Assembly: GCA_963705965.1 (NCBI GenBank)
Contig: CAVPLI010000004.1
Span: 38,601-102,600 of the forward strand
DNA from: an uncultured Actinomycetes bacterium
GTDB taxonomy: Bacteria > Actinomycetota > Thermoleophilia > Gaiellales > JALYLC01
DNA length: 64,000 nt
Direction of reading: 5' to 3'
Shown: piece by piece, positions 9,974 to 19,999 of the stretch
Layout: the number at the start of each line of letters is the position of its first letter
Numbering within the stretch: position 1 is the first letter of the stretch
The notes under the pieces: generated by a model
Databases searched by the model: none
What the model was told of the DNA's origin: nothing
What the model saw: only the letters and a program-made list of their open reading frames with translations
Translations under genes and position numbers: made by a program

Positions 9974-10696
9974 CTAGGCCGCGTCGCTGCCGCGCAGCTC
10001 GGCGCCGAAGCGGTAGCCGACGCCGTAGTGCGTGTGCACGTAGGCGAAGCTGGAGCGGCGATCGAGCTTCTCGCGGAGCTTGCGCACGAACACGTCGACG
10101 GTGCGGTCGCGGTGGCGGTAGGGCACGTCCCACACGCGCTGGTGCAGCTCGTCCCGGCTCAGCACGCGGCCCGCGTTGCGCGCCAGCTGGTGGAGCAGGC
10201 GGAACTCCGTGCGGGTCAGTCGCGCATCCGTCGCCACGCCCTCCGTGCCGAGCAGGAACGCACGATGCTGGGCCGGGTCGATGCGCAGACCCGGGAACTC
10301 GAGCGCCTGCTCGCGCTCCGTCGGCGGCGCGATGCGCGCACGGCGCGCGAGCGCCCCGACGCGTGCCATGAACTCGGCCATCCCGAAGGGCTTGGCGAGG
10401 TAGTCGTCGGCGCCGAGCGAGAGCGTCGCGACCTTGTCGTGCTCGTTGCCGCGCGCGCTGACGGCGAGGATCGGCGTCATCAGGCCCTCGTCGCGCGCCC
10501 GCTCGATCAGCCCCCAGCCGTCGAGGCCCGGCAGCATGAGATCGACGACGCACACGTCGGGGCGCTCGAAGCGCAGCTTGCGCAGGCCCTTGGTGCCGTC
10601 GTCGGCCCACTCGACGTCGTATCCCGAGTTGCGCAGGTGGGCGCCCATCGCCCTCGCGATGACGCCGTCGTCCTCGATTACGAGCACTGCTGTCAT
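9974..10696 (-). CDS. OmpR/PhoB family response regulator (orphan)
   Basis: VLVIEDD, VVDLMLPGLDG, GADDYLAKPF, LTRTEFRLL, RTVDVFVRKLREKL and GVGYRF. Confidence 0.95.
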   Translation of the reverse strand: MTAVLVIEDDGVIARAMGAHLRNSGYDVEWADDGTKGLRKLRFERPDVCVVDLMLPGLDGWGLIERARDEGLMTPILAVSARGNEHDKVATLSLGADDYLAKPFGMAEFMARVGALARRARIAPPTEREQALEFPGLRIDPAQHRAFLLGTEGVATDARLTRTEFRLLHQLARNAGRVLSRDELHQRVWDVPYRHRDRTVDVFVRKLREKLDRRSSFAYVHTHYGVGYRFGAELRGSDAA

Positions 10697-10792
10697 CCAA
10701 CACCAGGTAATAGCCTGCGAGAGCGCGCGCACGAGCGGCGATCTGGTGAAGACGAGGTGAACATCCGGTGACGCAGAGCCCCATCTGGGGAC

Positions 10793-10820
10793 TCAAGAGC
10801 TCGCGGAAAGACGCCGATGC
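10793..10820 (+). promoter_or_regulatory. Sigma28 (FliA/WhiG)-type promoter
   Basis: TCAAG-N15-GCCGATG, resembling the TAAAG-N15-GCCGATAA consensus, directly upstream of an in-frame GTG at 10829. Confidence 0.6.
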
Positions 10821-10828
10821 CCCATTTG

Positions 10829-13145
10829 GTGCGCCCATTCGTCGATCACCCCGGCGCGAGACCGCCGGGCGCAGGCACGCTGCCCACTCTGGCGGCAGCT
10901 CTGACCGCGCTCGGCACGTATCGCGCGCGGCTGACCGAGACGGGACTGGTGCGCGAGTTCGTGGAGGCCGGGCGCCTGCGCAGCGAGGGCGTCGAGCCGC
11001 GCGATTTCGCCGCCGCCGTCGATCCGTCGGACGTGATCGAGCTGACGCGGCTCGCGGGTGACGTGCGCCGCAACGGCCGCGGCGAGGTGCAGTACCGGGT
11101 GCAGTGCGCGCGCGGGACGCTGTACGTGCGCGAGCGAGCCGCAGCCGACCGCGACGGCACGGTCGTCGGCGTCATCGAGGACGTGGGCAGCGAGCACGAG
11201 CGCCTGCTGCGCGCCGAGACGATCGAGCGGCTGCTGATCGAGCTCGAGGAGCATCTCTACACCGGCTGGTTCGACGGCGACGGCACCTACCACGAGACCT
11301 ACCAGAGCCCGAACGGCGATCACCTGCTCGGCGGCGCCGAGGCGGACGAGAACGCCGAGAACTGGATGGCCGCGGTCCATCCCGAGGACAAGGCCTCCTA
11401 CGAGGTGTTCATGGCGACGCAGGCCGCCGGCGAGAACGCCAGCGTCGAGTACCGGCTGTGCGGGGTCGACGGCGTGACGCGCTGGATGCGCGAGCGCTCC
11501 AAGAGCCAGCAGCTCCCGACCGGTGCCATCGAGGTCATCGGGATCGCCACGGACATCTCCTCGAGCCGCGCCGCCGCGGCCGCGCTCGCGGCCAGCGAGG
11601 CCAAGCTCGAGCACGTGCTGAAGGCCGTCGACGCCTACGTGTACGTGCTCGAGGGGAACGAGGACGGCGGCTGGCGGACGATCAGCTCGAGCGTCACGCG
11701 CGAGAAGTTCATGGGCGGGAAGCGCGAAGCCGGCGAGCCCTCGCGCAACGAGTGGTTCGAGCGCATCCACCCCGACGACCGCGATCAGGAGGAGCGCCAG
11801 GCCGAGGCCTTCGCGAACGGCACGCCGTTCGAGGCGTCCTACCGCCTGATCGGCTACGACGGAGTCGAGCGCTGGGTGCTCGACCGGAACGTGCCCTACG
11901 CGGACGCCGAGGGCCGCAAGCACCGGCTCGGTCTGGTGCTCGACGTCAGCGACCGGCGCCAGCTCGAGCGACAGCTGCCGCTCGAGCGTCGACCAGCTGC
12001 GCAGCGCCAACGTCGAGCTCCGCCAGCTGCGCGTCCAGGCCGAGCAGCAGGCGCGCACGGACGTCGTCACCGGCGCGCACAACCGGCTCGCGCTGAGCGA
12101 GCACGTGGCGCTCGCGCTCGAGAGCGGGCACGACGGCGGGCTGGTGCTGCTCGACCTCGACCATTTCAAGCAGATCAACGACGCGCTCGGCCACGGCGCC
12201 GGCGACCGCGTGCTCGTCGAGGTCGCCCGCCGCCTGCGCGAGGCGGTCGAGCCGCACGACTGCGTGGCGCGCTGGGGCGGCGAGGAGTTCGCCGTCCTGT
12301 TCCGCGAGGTCGACGACGAGTGCGGGCTCGCGCAGCGCGCGGTGCACCTGCAGCGCGCGATCGACAGCCGCCCGATCGTCGTCGACGGCGAGCACCTGAC
12401 GGTCGAGGTGTCCGGAGGCGCGACGCCGCTGAAGGCCGGAGAGAGCCTCGACGCGCTCGTCGAGCACGCCGATCGCGCGCTCTACGCGGCCAAGCGCCGC
12501 GGTCGCAACCGCGTGCTGCTGGCGAGCGAGATCACCGAGAACGACCTCATCGCCGAGCGCCCCGAGGCGATCCGCATCGCCGAGGCGCTCGCGGTCGCCG
12601 TCGGTGTGCGCGAGGGCGCCCCGCCGGAGCACCCGGCGTTCGTCGCATCGCTCGCCGCCCGCATCGCGCGCACGCTCCACCTCGACTCGCGCACCGCGCT
12701 GCGCTGCGAGCTGGGTGGCTGGCTGCACGACATCGGCAAGCTGTCCGTGCCCGAGCGCGTGCTGCTCAAGCCGATGATGCTCGACGCCGAGGAGTGGGAG
12801 ATCATGCGCGGGCACCCGGAGCTGGGCGAGCAGATCGTCGAGCGCATCCCGGCGCTGCACGCGGCCGGGCCCGCGATCCGTCACCACCACGAGCGCTTCG
12901 ACGGCGGCGGGTACCCGGATGGGCTGGAAGGCACCGCGATCCCGATCGAGGCGCGCATCGTCGCCGTGGCCGACACGTTCTCGGCCATGACGCAGATCCG
13001 GCCGTATGCCAGCGCGCGGAGCCGGGACGACGCTCTGCTCGAGCTGCGCCGCTGCACGGGCACGCAGTTCGATCCCACGGTCGTCGCCGCGCTCGAGCAC
13101 GTGCTCGCGACCGAGGACGCCGACGCCCTGCCGCGCGCCGCCTGA
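10829..13145 (+). CDS. PAS-PAS-GGDEF-HD-GYP c-di-GMP enzyme; frameshift near 11980
   Basis: Two PAS_3 units (VHPED...VEYRL...G..RW; IHPDD...YRL...GVERW); DLDHFKQIND..GH..GD; RWGGEEF; LHDIGK; HHERFDGGGYP; ARIVAVAD. Confidence 0.9.
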
Positions 13146-13180
13146 CGCCTGCGGCCGGCCACCTTGGCCAGAATGCCGGC

Positions 13181-13677
13181 GTGAGCAACCCCGCGCCCAA
13201 CTCGCGCGAGCGCGTCCGCAATGCCCTGCGCGCAGCGGGTCTCGAGTGCGAGATCGTCGAGACGCCCGACTCGGCGCGCACGGCGGTCGAGGCCGCCGCC
13301 GCCGTCGGCGCGCGGGTGGGGCAGATCGTCAAGTCCCTCGTGTTCCTGTGCGACGACCGGCCCGTGCTGGCGCTGATGGCCGGCGACAACCGCCTCGACG
13401 AGTCGCTGCTGGCCGAGGTCGCGGGCGGCCGCGATCGGACGCGCCGACGCCGCGCGCGTGCGCGAGCACACGGGATTCGCGATCGGCGGCGTCGCCCCGC
13501 TCGGCTCCGTACGGCCGCTGCCGGTGTTCTGCGACGTCGACCTGCTCGCCCACGACCACGTGTGGGCGGCCGCCGGCGCGCCCCACGCGGTGTTCCGCAT
13601 CGCACCGCAGGCGCTCGTCGACGCGGTCGGGCGCGCAGGTCGCCGAGCTCGCCCAGCGCGCACCCGCAGCCGGCTGA
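13181..13677 (+). CDS. YbaK/EbsC aminoacyl-tRNA deacylase family; frameshifts near 13425 and 13630
   Basis: ARTAVEAAAAVG..VGQIVKSLVF; VREHTGFAIGGVAPLG; VWAAAG. Confidence 0.85.
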
Positions 13678-13732
13678 GCGGCGGTGCGCTCGGGCGGGCG
13701 CAAGCCCCTGCCCGACTAGACTCTCAGGGCTC

Positions 13733-14665
13733 ATGCTCGCCGTGACGGTTACGCCCGGAGGGTCGCCCGCACTGCGCGAGCTCCCCTCCCCCACCGCGCC
13801 TCCTGGCGGCGTCCTCGTGCGCGTGCGCGCGTGTGGACTGTGCGGCAGCGACGTCGAGAAGCTGCGGCCCGGCGGCGCGGCCGCCGGCTCCGTGCTGGGG
13901 CACGAGATCGCGGGCGTCGTCGTCGACGGTGCGCTGCCCGCCGGCCTCCGCGTCGCGCTCGCCCACCACGTCCCGTGCGGCGCCTGCGCGAGCTGCGAGG
14001 CCGGTCACGAGCCGCTCTGCGCCGCGTTCGTCGCGAGCGCGCTCGAGCCCGGCGGATTCTGCGAGCTGACGGCCGCCTCGGCCGGCCACGTCGCGCACGC
14101 CCTGCTGCCGCTGCCCGACCACGTCAGCGATCTCGCCGGCTCGTTCGTCGAGCCGCTCGCCTGCGTCCTGCGCGGCATCGAGGGCCTGCCGGGCGACGCC
14201 GTCGTGGCCGGCGCGGGCTCGATCGGCCTGCTCGCCGCGCAGGCCCTGCGAGCGCGCGGCTCGCACGTGCGGGTGCTCGAGCCCGATCCGGGCCGGGCGC
14301 GGCGCGCCGCCGAGCGGGGCTTCGCCGCACCCGACGCGGGCGAGCGCTTCTCCGGCGCCCTGCTGACCGCCCCTGCCGCGCTGCCCGAAGCGCTTGGCCT
14401 GCTCGAGCCCGCGGGAACGCTCGTGCTCTTCAGCGGCGGCGCCGAGGAGCCGTTCGACACCGATCTCGTCTACCGCCGCGAGCTCACGGTGCGCGGCATG
14501 CGCTCGTCGACCCCGCGCCATCTGCGCGAGGCGCTCGCGCTGATCGCGAGCGGCGCCGTCGAGTGCGAGAGCCTCGTCGACTGCGTGCTCGGTCTCGACG
14601 CGTTCGCCGACGGCCTGGCGCGCTACCGCAGCCGCGAGGCGCTCAAGGTGGTGTTCGCACCGTGA
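13733..14665 (+). CDS. Zinc-dependent alcohol/polyol dehydrogenase
   Basis: CGLCGSD, LGHEIAG, HHVPCGACASC...C, EPLAC and GAGSIG. Confidence 0.9.
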   Translation: MLAVTVTPGGSPALRELPSPTAPPGGVLVRVRACGLCGSDVEKLRPGGAAAGSVLGHEIAGVVVDGALPAGLRVALAHHVPCGACASCEAGHEPLCAAFVASALEPGGFCELTAASAGHVAHALLPLPDHVSDLAGSFVEPLACVLRGIEGLPGDAVVAGAGSIGLLAAQALRARGSHVRVLEPDPGRARRAAERGFAAPDAGERFSGALLTAPAALPEALGLLEPAGTLVLFSGGAEEPFDTDLVYRRELTVRGMRSSTPRHLREALALIASGAVECESLVDCVLGLDAFADGLARYRSREALKVVFAP

Positions 14666-15609
14666 TCGCGGCGCGCTACTGGGCGCCGCGCGACGTGCGC
14701 GTCGAGCACGTCGCCGAGCCCGAGCCGCGCAGCGGCGAGGTCGTCCTGCGCATCGAGGCCGCCCTGACCTGCGGCACGGACGCGAAGTGCTACCGCCGCG
14801 GTCATCCAGTGCTGCTCGGCCCCGCGCCCGCGCCGTTCGGGCACGAGTACGCCGGCGTGGTCGTCGGCCGCGGCGAGGACGCCCCGTTCGAGGAGGGCGA
14901 CCTGGTGTGCGGCGTCAACTCGGCGCCGTGCGGGATCTGCCGGGCCTGCGGCGCGGGCCGCGAGGAGCTGTGCGCCGATCTCTATCCGCTGCTCAACGGC
15001 GCCTACGCGGAGCAGCTGTGCGTGCCCGCGCACATCGCGCGCGTGAACCTCCACCGCGTGCCGGAAGGCGTTGCGCCCGAGGTCGCGGCGGCGATCGAGC
15101 CGCTCGCGTGCGCGGTGCACGGTGCCGATGACGCCGAGGTGAAGGCGGGACAGCGCATCGCGATCATCGGCCGCGGCCCGCTCGGCCGCCTGCTCGCGTT
15201 CGCCTGCGAGGCCCGCGGCGCCACGGCCGATCTGCTCGGTCGCGGCGAGGGCGAGCCGCGCGGCTACGAGACGGTGATCGAGGCCGCGGGCTCGCCCGAG
15301 GCGTGGGAGCAGGCCGTCGCGCTGGCCGCCCCGGGCGGCACGGTCGTGCTCTTCGGCGGCCTGCCGCGCGAGACGGTCGTGCCCGTCGACAGCTATCGCC
15401 TGCACTACGAGGCGCTCACGCTGCGCGGCTCGTTCCACCACCGCCCGCGCGACGTGCGTGCGGCGCTCGGCCTGCTCGAGCGCGCGGCGTCGTCGATCAC
15501 GAAGCTGCTGACGCACGAGTTCGCGCTCGCCGACGTCGTCGAGCCGCTCAGGCGCGGTGCGGGTCTCGCGCCGCGCGACGGGCTGCTCAAGGCGGTGATC
15601 CGCCCGTGA
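14662..15609 (+). CDS. Zinc-dependent alcohol/polyol dehydrogenase (second, translationally coupled)
   Basis: LTCGTD, FGHEYAG, CGICRAC...C, EPLAC and GRGPLG; GTGA overlap. Confidence 0.9.
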   Translation: MIAARYWAPRDVRVEHVAEPEPRSGEVVLRIEAALTCGTDAKCYRRGHPVLLGPAPAPFGHEYAGVVVGRGEDAPFEEGDLVCGVNSAPCGICRACGAGREELCADLYPLLNGAYAEQLCVPAHIARVNLHRVPEGVAPEVAAAIEPLACAVHGADDAEVKAGQRIAIIGRGPLGRLLAFACEARGATADLLGRGEGEPRGYETVIEAAGSPEAWEQAVALAAPGGTVVLFGGLPRETVVPVDSYRLHYEALTLRGSFHHRPRDVRAALGLLERAASSITKLLTHEFALADVVEPLRRGAGLAPRDGLLKAVIRP

Positions 15610-16846
15610 AGATGTTCGCCTCGCAGCTGCGCCGGCTGCCGGTCAACGATCCGCGCGGGCGAGCGCATCGGGCGCGTCCACGACATCGTCGTGACGATGC
15701 TGCCGGGGGCGCCGCCGCGGCTCACCGGACTGCTCGTCTCGGTCGGCCGCAAGCCGATCTTCGTCGGCGCGGGCAGCATCGACACGATCACGGCGGCGGG
15801 CATCCAGCTCTCGAGCGCCCGCCTCAACCTGCGCCGCTACCAGCAGAAGCCCGGCGAGCTGCGCGTGCTCGGCGAGCTGCTCGACCGCACCGCGGTCGAC
15901 CGCGAGGCGAACGCATCCGTGCGCATCAACGACGTCGCGGTCGCGCCGTCGCACGCTCGGCTGGGAGGTCGTCTCGGCCGACGTCTTGCAGGCGCGCCGC
16001 GCGCTCGGGCGCGGGCGCACGCGCGAGGTGCCCTGGACGCGGCTGACCGGCATCAGCGCCGCCGAGACCGCCGCGAGCCGTGCGGCCGTGCTCGCCACGG
16101 CGCGCCCGGCCGACGTCGCCGAGGCACTGCTCGAGCTCGACACGCCGGAGGCGGCGCGCCTGTTCGCCGCGCTCGACGAGGAGCGAGCGGCCGACGCGCT
16201 GCAGGAGATGGAGGACGAGGACGCCGCACGCCTGCTCGCCACGCTCGACAACGAGCACATGGGCGACGTGCTCGACGCCATGGACGCCGACGACGCGGCC
16301 GACCTGCTCGGCTCGCTGCCCGACGATCGCCGGCAGGAGCTGCTCGACCTGATGGAGCCCGACGAGGCCGCGCCCGTGCGCCGCCTGCTCGCCTACGCCC
16401 GCACGAGCGCGGGCGGTCTGATGAAGTCGAACCCGATCGTGATGCGGCCGCAGGACACGGTGGCCGAGGCGCTGGCGCGACTGCGGGCACGCGAGCTGAC
16501 GCCCGCGATCGCCTCGCAGGCGTACATCTGCCGCCCGCCCGCCGAGACGCCGACCGGCCAGTTCATCGGCATCGCCTACCTGCAGGCGCTGCTGCGCGCG
16601 CGGCCGTCCGAGACCGTCACCTCGGTGCTCGACCGCGACATCGACCCGGTGTCGCCCGACACGGACGGCGCCGAGGTGGCCGCCCGGCTCGCGCGCTACT
16701 CGCTCGTCGCGCTGCCCGTGTGCGACGAGGAGGGGCGCCTGCTCGGCGCCGTGGCCGTCGAGGACGTCATCGACTACCTGCTGCCGCGCGGCTGGCGTGC
16801 GCAGCCCGAGGACGACGAGGACGCGAGCGGGAACGGGAGCGCGTGA
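15606..16846 (+). CDS. PRC-barrel/MgtE N-terminal/CBS-pair protein without membrane domain; frameshifts near 15655 and 15955
   Basis: [35 protein letters not shown] and [21 protein letters not shown]. Confidence 0.85.
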
Positions 16847-17361
16847 TGGAGGGCCTCCGCCGCCGCTTCCATACCCGCCGGCTCGACGCGCCCCGCAGCC
16901 CGGCGCGCTTCGGCGCGCACTACGACCCCGATGCGTTCGGGCGCCTCTCGGAGGGCATCGCGCGCTTCTTCGGCACGGCGCGCTACCTGGTCTTCCAGAC
17001 CGTCATGGTCATCTCGTGGATCGTGATCGGCTACGGGGTGCTCGGCTGGGATCACGCTCCCGCGCTGTTCCTGCTCAACCTCGCGTTCTCGACGCAGGCC
17101 GCCTATGCGGCGCCGCTGATCCTGCTGGCGCAGAACCGCCAGGCCGAGCGCGACCGGATCCGCGCCGAGGAGGACCGCCTCGTCAACACGCGCACGCAGG
17201 CCGAGGCGGAGTTCCTCGCCCGCGAGCTGGCGGCCTCGCGGCTCTCGCTCGGCAAGATCGAGGCGACGCTCGCGCGCCTCGAGGAACGACTCGAGCGGTA
17301 CGAGGAGGAGCGCGGCGCCGACGACGACGCGGACGCGCTCAAGGGCAGCAGCGGCGACTGA
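16846..17361 (+). CDS. DUF1003 membrane protein
   Basis: IARFFGT, LLNLAFSTQAAYAAPLILLAQNRQ and EFLARELA. Confidence 0.9.
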   Translation: MEGLRRRFHTRRLDAPRSPARFGAHYDPDAFGRLSEGIARFFGTARYLVFQTVMVISWIVIGYGVLGWDHAPALFLLNLAFSTQAAYAAPLILLAQNRQAERDRIRAEEDRLVNTRTQAEAEFLARELAASRLSLGKIEATLARLEERLERYEEERGADDDADALKGSSGD

Positions 17362-17438
17362 GCCGAGCCGGCTCTCGGCCAGCCGGTTCAACCGTCATGC
17401 CGACGGCGGCCGACCTGCCGATCGCCGCCTAGGAGCCG

Positions 17439-18480
17439 TCAGTCGCCGGCGACGGCGAGCGATGCGTGCGCCTGCTCCCACGCGGACTTCCTCCGGCGTG
17501 AAGTAGGAGACGCGCGTCTTCTTGTACTCCTTGGTGGAGTACAGCACCGAGTAGTCGTCCAGGCCCGTCTCGTCGGCGATCGCGGCGAGCACGGCCTCGC
17601 AGTCGGCCTTCGTGCGCCCGTGCGTCATCGAGAAGAGGTTGTACGTCCAGTCCGGGTAGGTCGGCCGCTGGTAGCAGTGCGAGACGCCGCGGAACGCCGC
17701 CATCGCGTAGCCGCACTCGTCGAGGCGCTCCTCGGGCACGCGCCAGACGCCCATGCCGTTCTGGACGAAGCCGGCGTTGCGGTGCGCCAGCACGGCGGCG
17801 TAGCGACGCATCTGGCCGGTCTCGATGAACGCGTGGCCGTACGCGAGCAGCTCTGCCGTCTCGAAGCCCGCCTGCGCCGCGAGCTCGCCGAAGGGCTCGG
17901 CCTCGGCCGGGAGATCGCGCTGCAGCGCGCGGATGGCGTCGAGGTCGCGGTCGCTCAGCGACTCGGGGGGCGGAGCCTGCTTGGCCGGCTTCGCCTTGAC
18001 CAGCTTGGCGGCCGGGTCGCGATCGCCCTTGACGTCGAGATCGACGCCGATCTTGAAGAAGCGCAGCGCCGGCATCGGCCGGATCACGTCGACCTCCGCC
18101 AGCTCGCCGAGCAGCTCGACGGTGCGGTCGAGGCCGAGCCGCGAGCGCGGCGACACGGTGAGCGTGAACCACAGGTTCAACTCGTGCTCGCGCAGGTAGT
18201 TGTGGCTCACGCCCGGGTGCGTCGAGAACACCGCCGCGGCGGCGTCCTGGCGCTCGGCCGGTGTGCGGGCCGCGACGAGCATGCCGCGGTAGCCGAGCCG
18301 GCGCGAATCGAAGATCGCCGAGATCTGGCGGATGACCTTCTGCTCGCGCAGCGCGGCGATGCGCTCGAGCACCGTGTCCTCGTCGCTGCCGATCTCGGAG
18401 GCGAGCGCCGCATAGGGCCGCTCGACGAGCGGCAACTCGGTCTGGATGCGGTCGAGGAGCTTCGCGTCGAGGTCGTCCAC
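17439..18480 (-). CDS. Siroheme decarboxylase, fused AhbA/AhbB (NirDL/GH-like, Lrp/AsnC-related); indel near the 3' end
   Basis: Two repeats: LPLVERPY...HPGVSHNYLREHELNLWFT and RDLPAEAEPF...VSHCYQRPTYPDWTYNLFSMTH...STKEYKK. Confidence 0.9.
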
Positions 18481-18559
18481 GAGCCAGATCCTACCCCCGA
18501 TGGTGGGGTGCGAAGGGTCACCGACGCTCTCCGCCGCGCGCGACGGTAGGCTATTCGGC

Positions 18560-19120
18560 ATGCGCGCACGTCGACTCCTCCCGCTGCTCCTCGTCCTCGC
18601 CACCGTCGCCGTCGGAGCGACCGGCTGCTTCGAGTCGGAGCTCGCCAGTACGACCATCTCGGGCGAGATCACCGTCGGGCAGGGTACGACCGCCCAGACG
18701 GTGGATGTGGCCGCGGGCGAGGGCTCCGGCGGCACGACCGCCGAGACGACCACCGCCGAGACCACGACCGCCGAGACGACGACCGGCGAGGAGACCACGG
18801 GCGAGACGTCCACGGGCGAGGAGACGACGGGCGAGACCTCGAGACGACGGGCGAGACGACGACCGGCGGCGGCTCCTCGGGTGCCGATGTGGCCGCGGGC
18901 AAGACGTCGTTCGTCGCGACCTGCGGCGCCTGCCACACGCCTCAAGGACGCGGGCACGAGCGGCAACGTCGGGCCCGATCTCGACAGCCTCGCGCCGCTC
19001 TCGGAGGAGACGGTCGCGAAGCAGATCGAGAACGGCGGCGGCGCGATGCCCGCGAAGCTGCTGACCGGCCAGGACGCCGCGAACGTCGCCGCGTACGTGG
19101 CGTCGGTCGCCGGCAAGTAG
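18560..19120 (+). CDS. Lipoprotein c-type cytochrome with Thr/Glu-rich tether; two frameshifts (about 18840 and 18940)
   Basis: Lipobox-like VAVGATGC; CGACH heme motif in the shifted frame; GNVGPDLD; GGGAMP (axial Met). Confidence 0.85.
   Translation: MRARRLLPLLLVLATVAVGATGCFESELASTTISGEITVGQGTTAQTVDVAAGEGSGGTTAETTTAETTTAETTTGEETTGETSTGEETTGETSRRRARRRPAAAPRVPMWPRARRRSSRPAAPATRLKDAGTSGNVGPDLDSLAPLSEETVAKQIENGGGAMPAKLLTGQDAANVAAYVASVAGK
18734..18866 (+). repeat. 15-nt coding tandem repeat (TTAET/TTGEE units)
   Basis: Repeated ACGAC(C/G)G(C/G)CGAGAC units inside the cytochrome c linker. Confidence 0.8.
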
Positions 19121-19146
19121 AGCGCTCCATCCCGGCAACGCCGGAC

Positions 19147-19995
19147 GTGCTGCAGCTGCCGCCCGGGCTCGATGCGCGCGCGGTGCGCGCGGTCGCGATG
19201 GATCTCGACGGCACCGTGCTCGACGAGACGTTCCAGCCGTCGGCGCGCACGGCCGAGGCCGTCGCACGCGCCGAGGCCTCCGGCATCGCCTGCCTGATCG
19301 CGACCGGGCGCATGTTCGTCTCGGCGCGTCGCGTCGCCGAGAAGCTCGGCATCCGCAGGCCGCTCGTCTGCTACCAGGGCGCACTGGTCGGCGATCCGAT
19401 CACGGGCGAGGTGCTCGTGCACCGGCCGATCGAGGCGCCGCTCGCGCGCGAGATCCTCAGCGCGATGCCCGAGGAGCACGCGCGGCAATCCAACCTCTAC
19501 GTCGACGACGAGCTCTACGTGTGGGAGGAGAACGCCGCGACGCTGCGCTACTCGCAGGTCGCGGGCGTCCCGATGCACGTCGTCGGGAACCTGGCGCGCT
19601 GGATCGAGCGCCCGACGACGAAGATCGTCACCGTCGGCGACCCCGAGACGATGGACGCGCTGCGCGACGTCATGCAGCCGCGCTTCGGCAGCCGCGCGTT
19701 CGTGGCCAAGTCGCTCCCGATCTTCCTCGAGTTCGCGGCACCCGGCGTCTCCAAGGCCAGCGGGCTGGCGCTCGTCGCCGATCTGCTCGGCTTCACGGCC
19801 GAGGAAGCCGTCGCCGTCGGCGACGCCGAGAACGACCGCGAGATGCTCGAGTGGGCGCGCTGGGGACTCGCGGTCGCGAACGCCGACGAGCGCCTCATCG
19901 GCGAGGCGGATGCCGTGATCCCGTCCGTCCACGAGGACGGCGTGGCACAGCTGCTCGAGGCGCTCGCCGCCTCGCGCCCGAACCTTCTAGGCTGA
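19147..19995 (+). CDS. Cof-type HAD-IIB hydrolase
   Basis: MDLDGT, IATGR, GVSKASG and VGDAENDREM. Confidence 0.92.
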   Translation: MLQLPPGLDARAVRAVAMDLDGTVLDETFQPSARTAEAVARAEASGIACLIATGRMFVSARRVAEKLGIRRPLVCYQGALVGDPITGEVLVHRPIEAPLAREILSAMPEEHARQSNLYVDDELYVWEENAATLRYSQVAGVPMHVVGNLARWIERPTTKIVTVGDPETMDALRDVMQPRFGSRAFVAKSLPIFLEFAAPGVSKASGLALVADLLGFTAEEAVAVGDAENDREMLEWARWGLAVANADERLIGEADAVIPSVHEDGVAQLLEALAASRPNLLG

Positions 19996-19999
19996 GCGC

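Noticed and set aside
10817-14665. 1282-aa ORF fusing PAS domains to an alcohol dehydrogenase
   Set aside because: Artefact of frameshifts and stop-poor high-GC frames; it comprises three separate genes
18734-18866. Non-coding tandem repeat array
   Set aside because: It lies in frame within the cytochrome c gene and encodes a Thr/Glu linker
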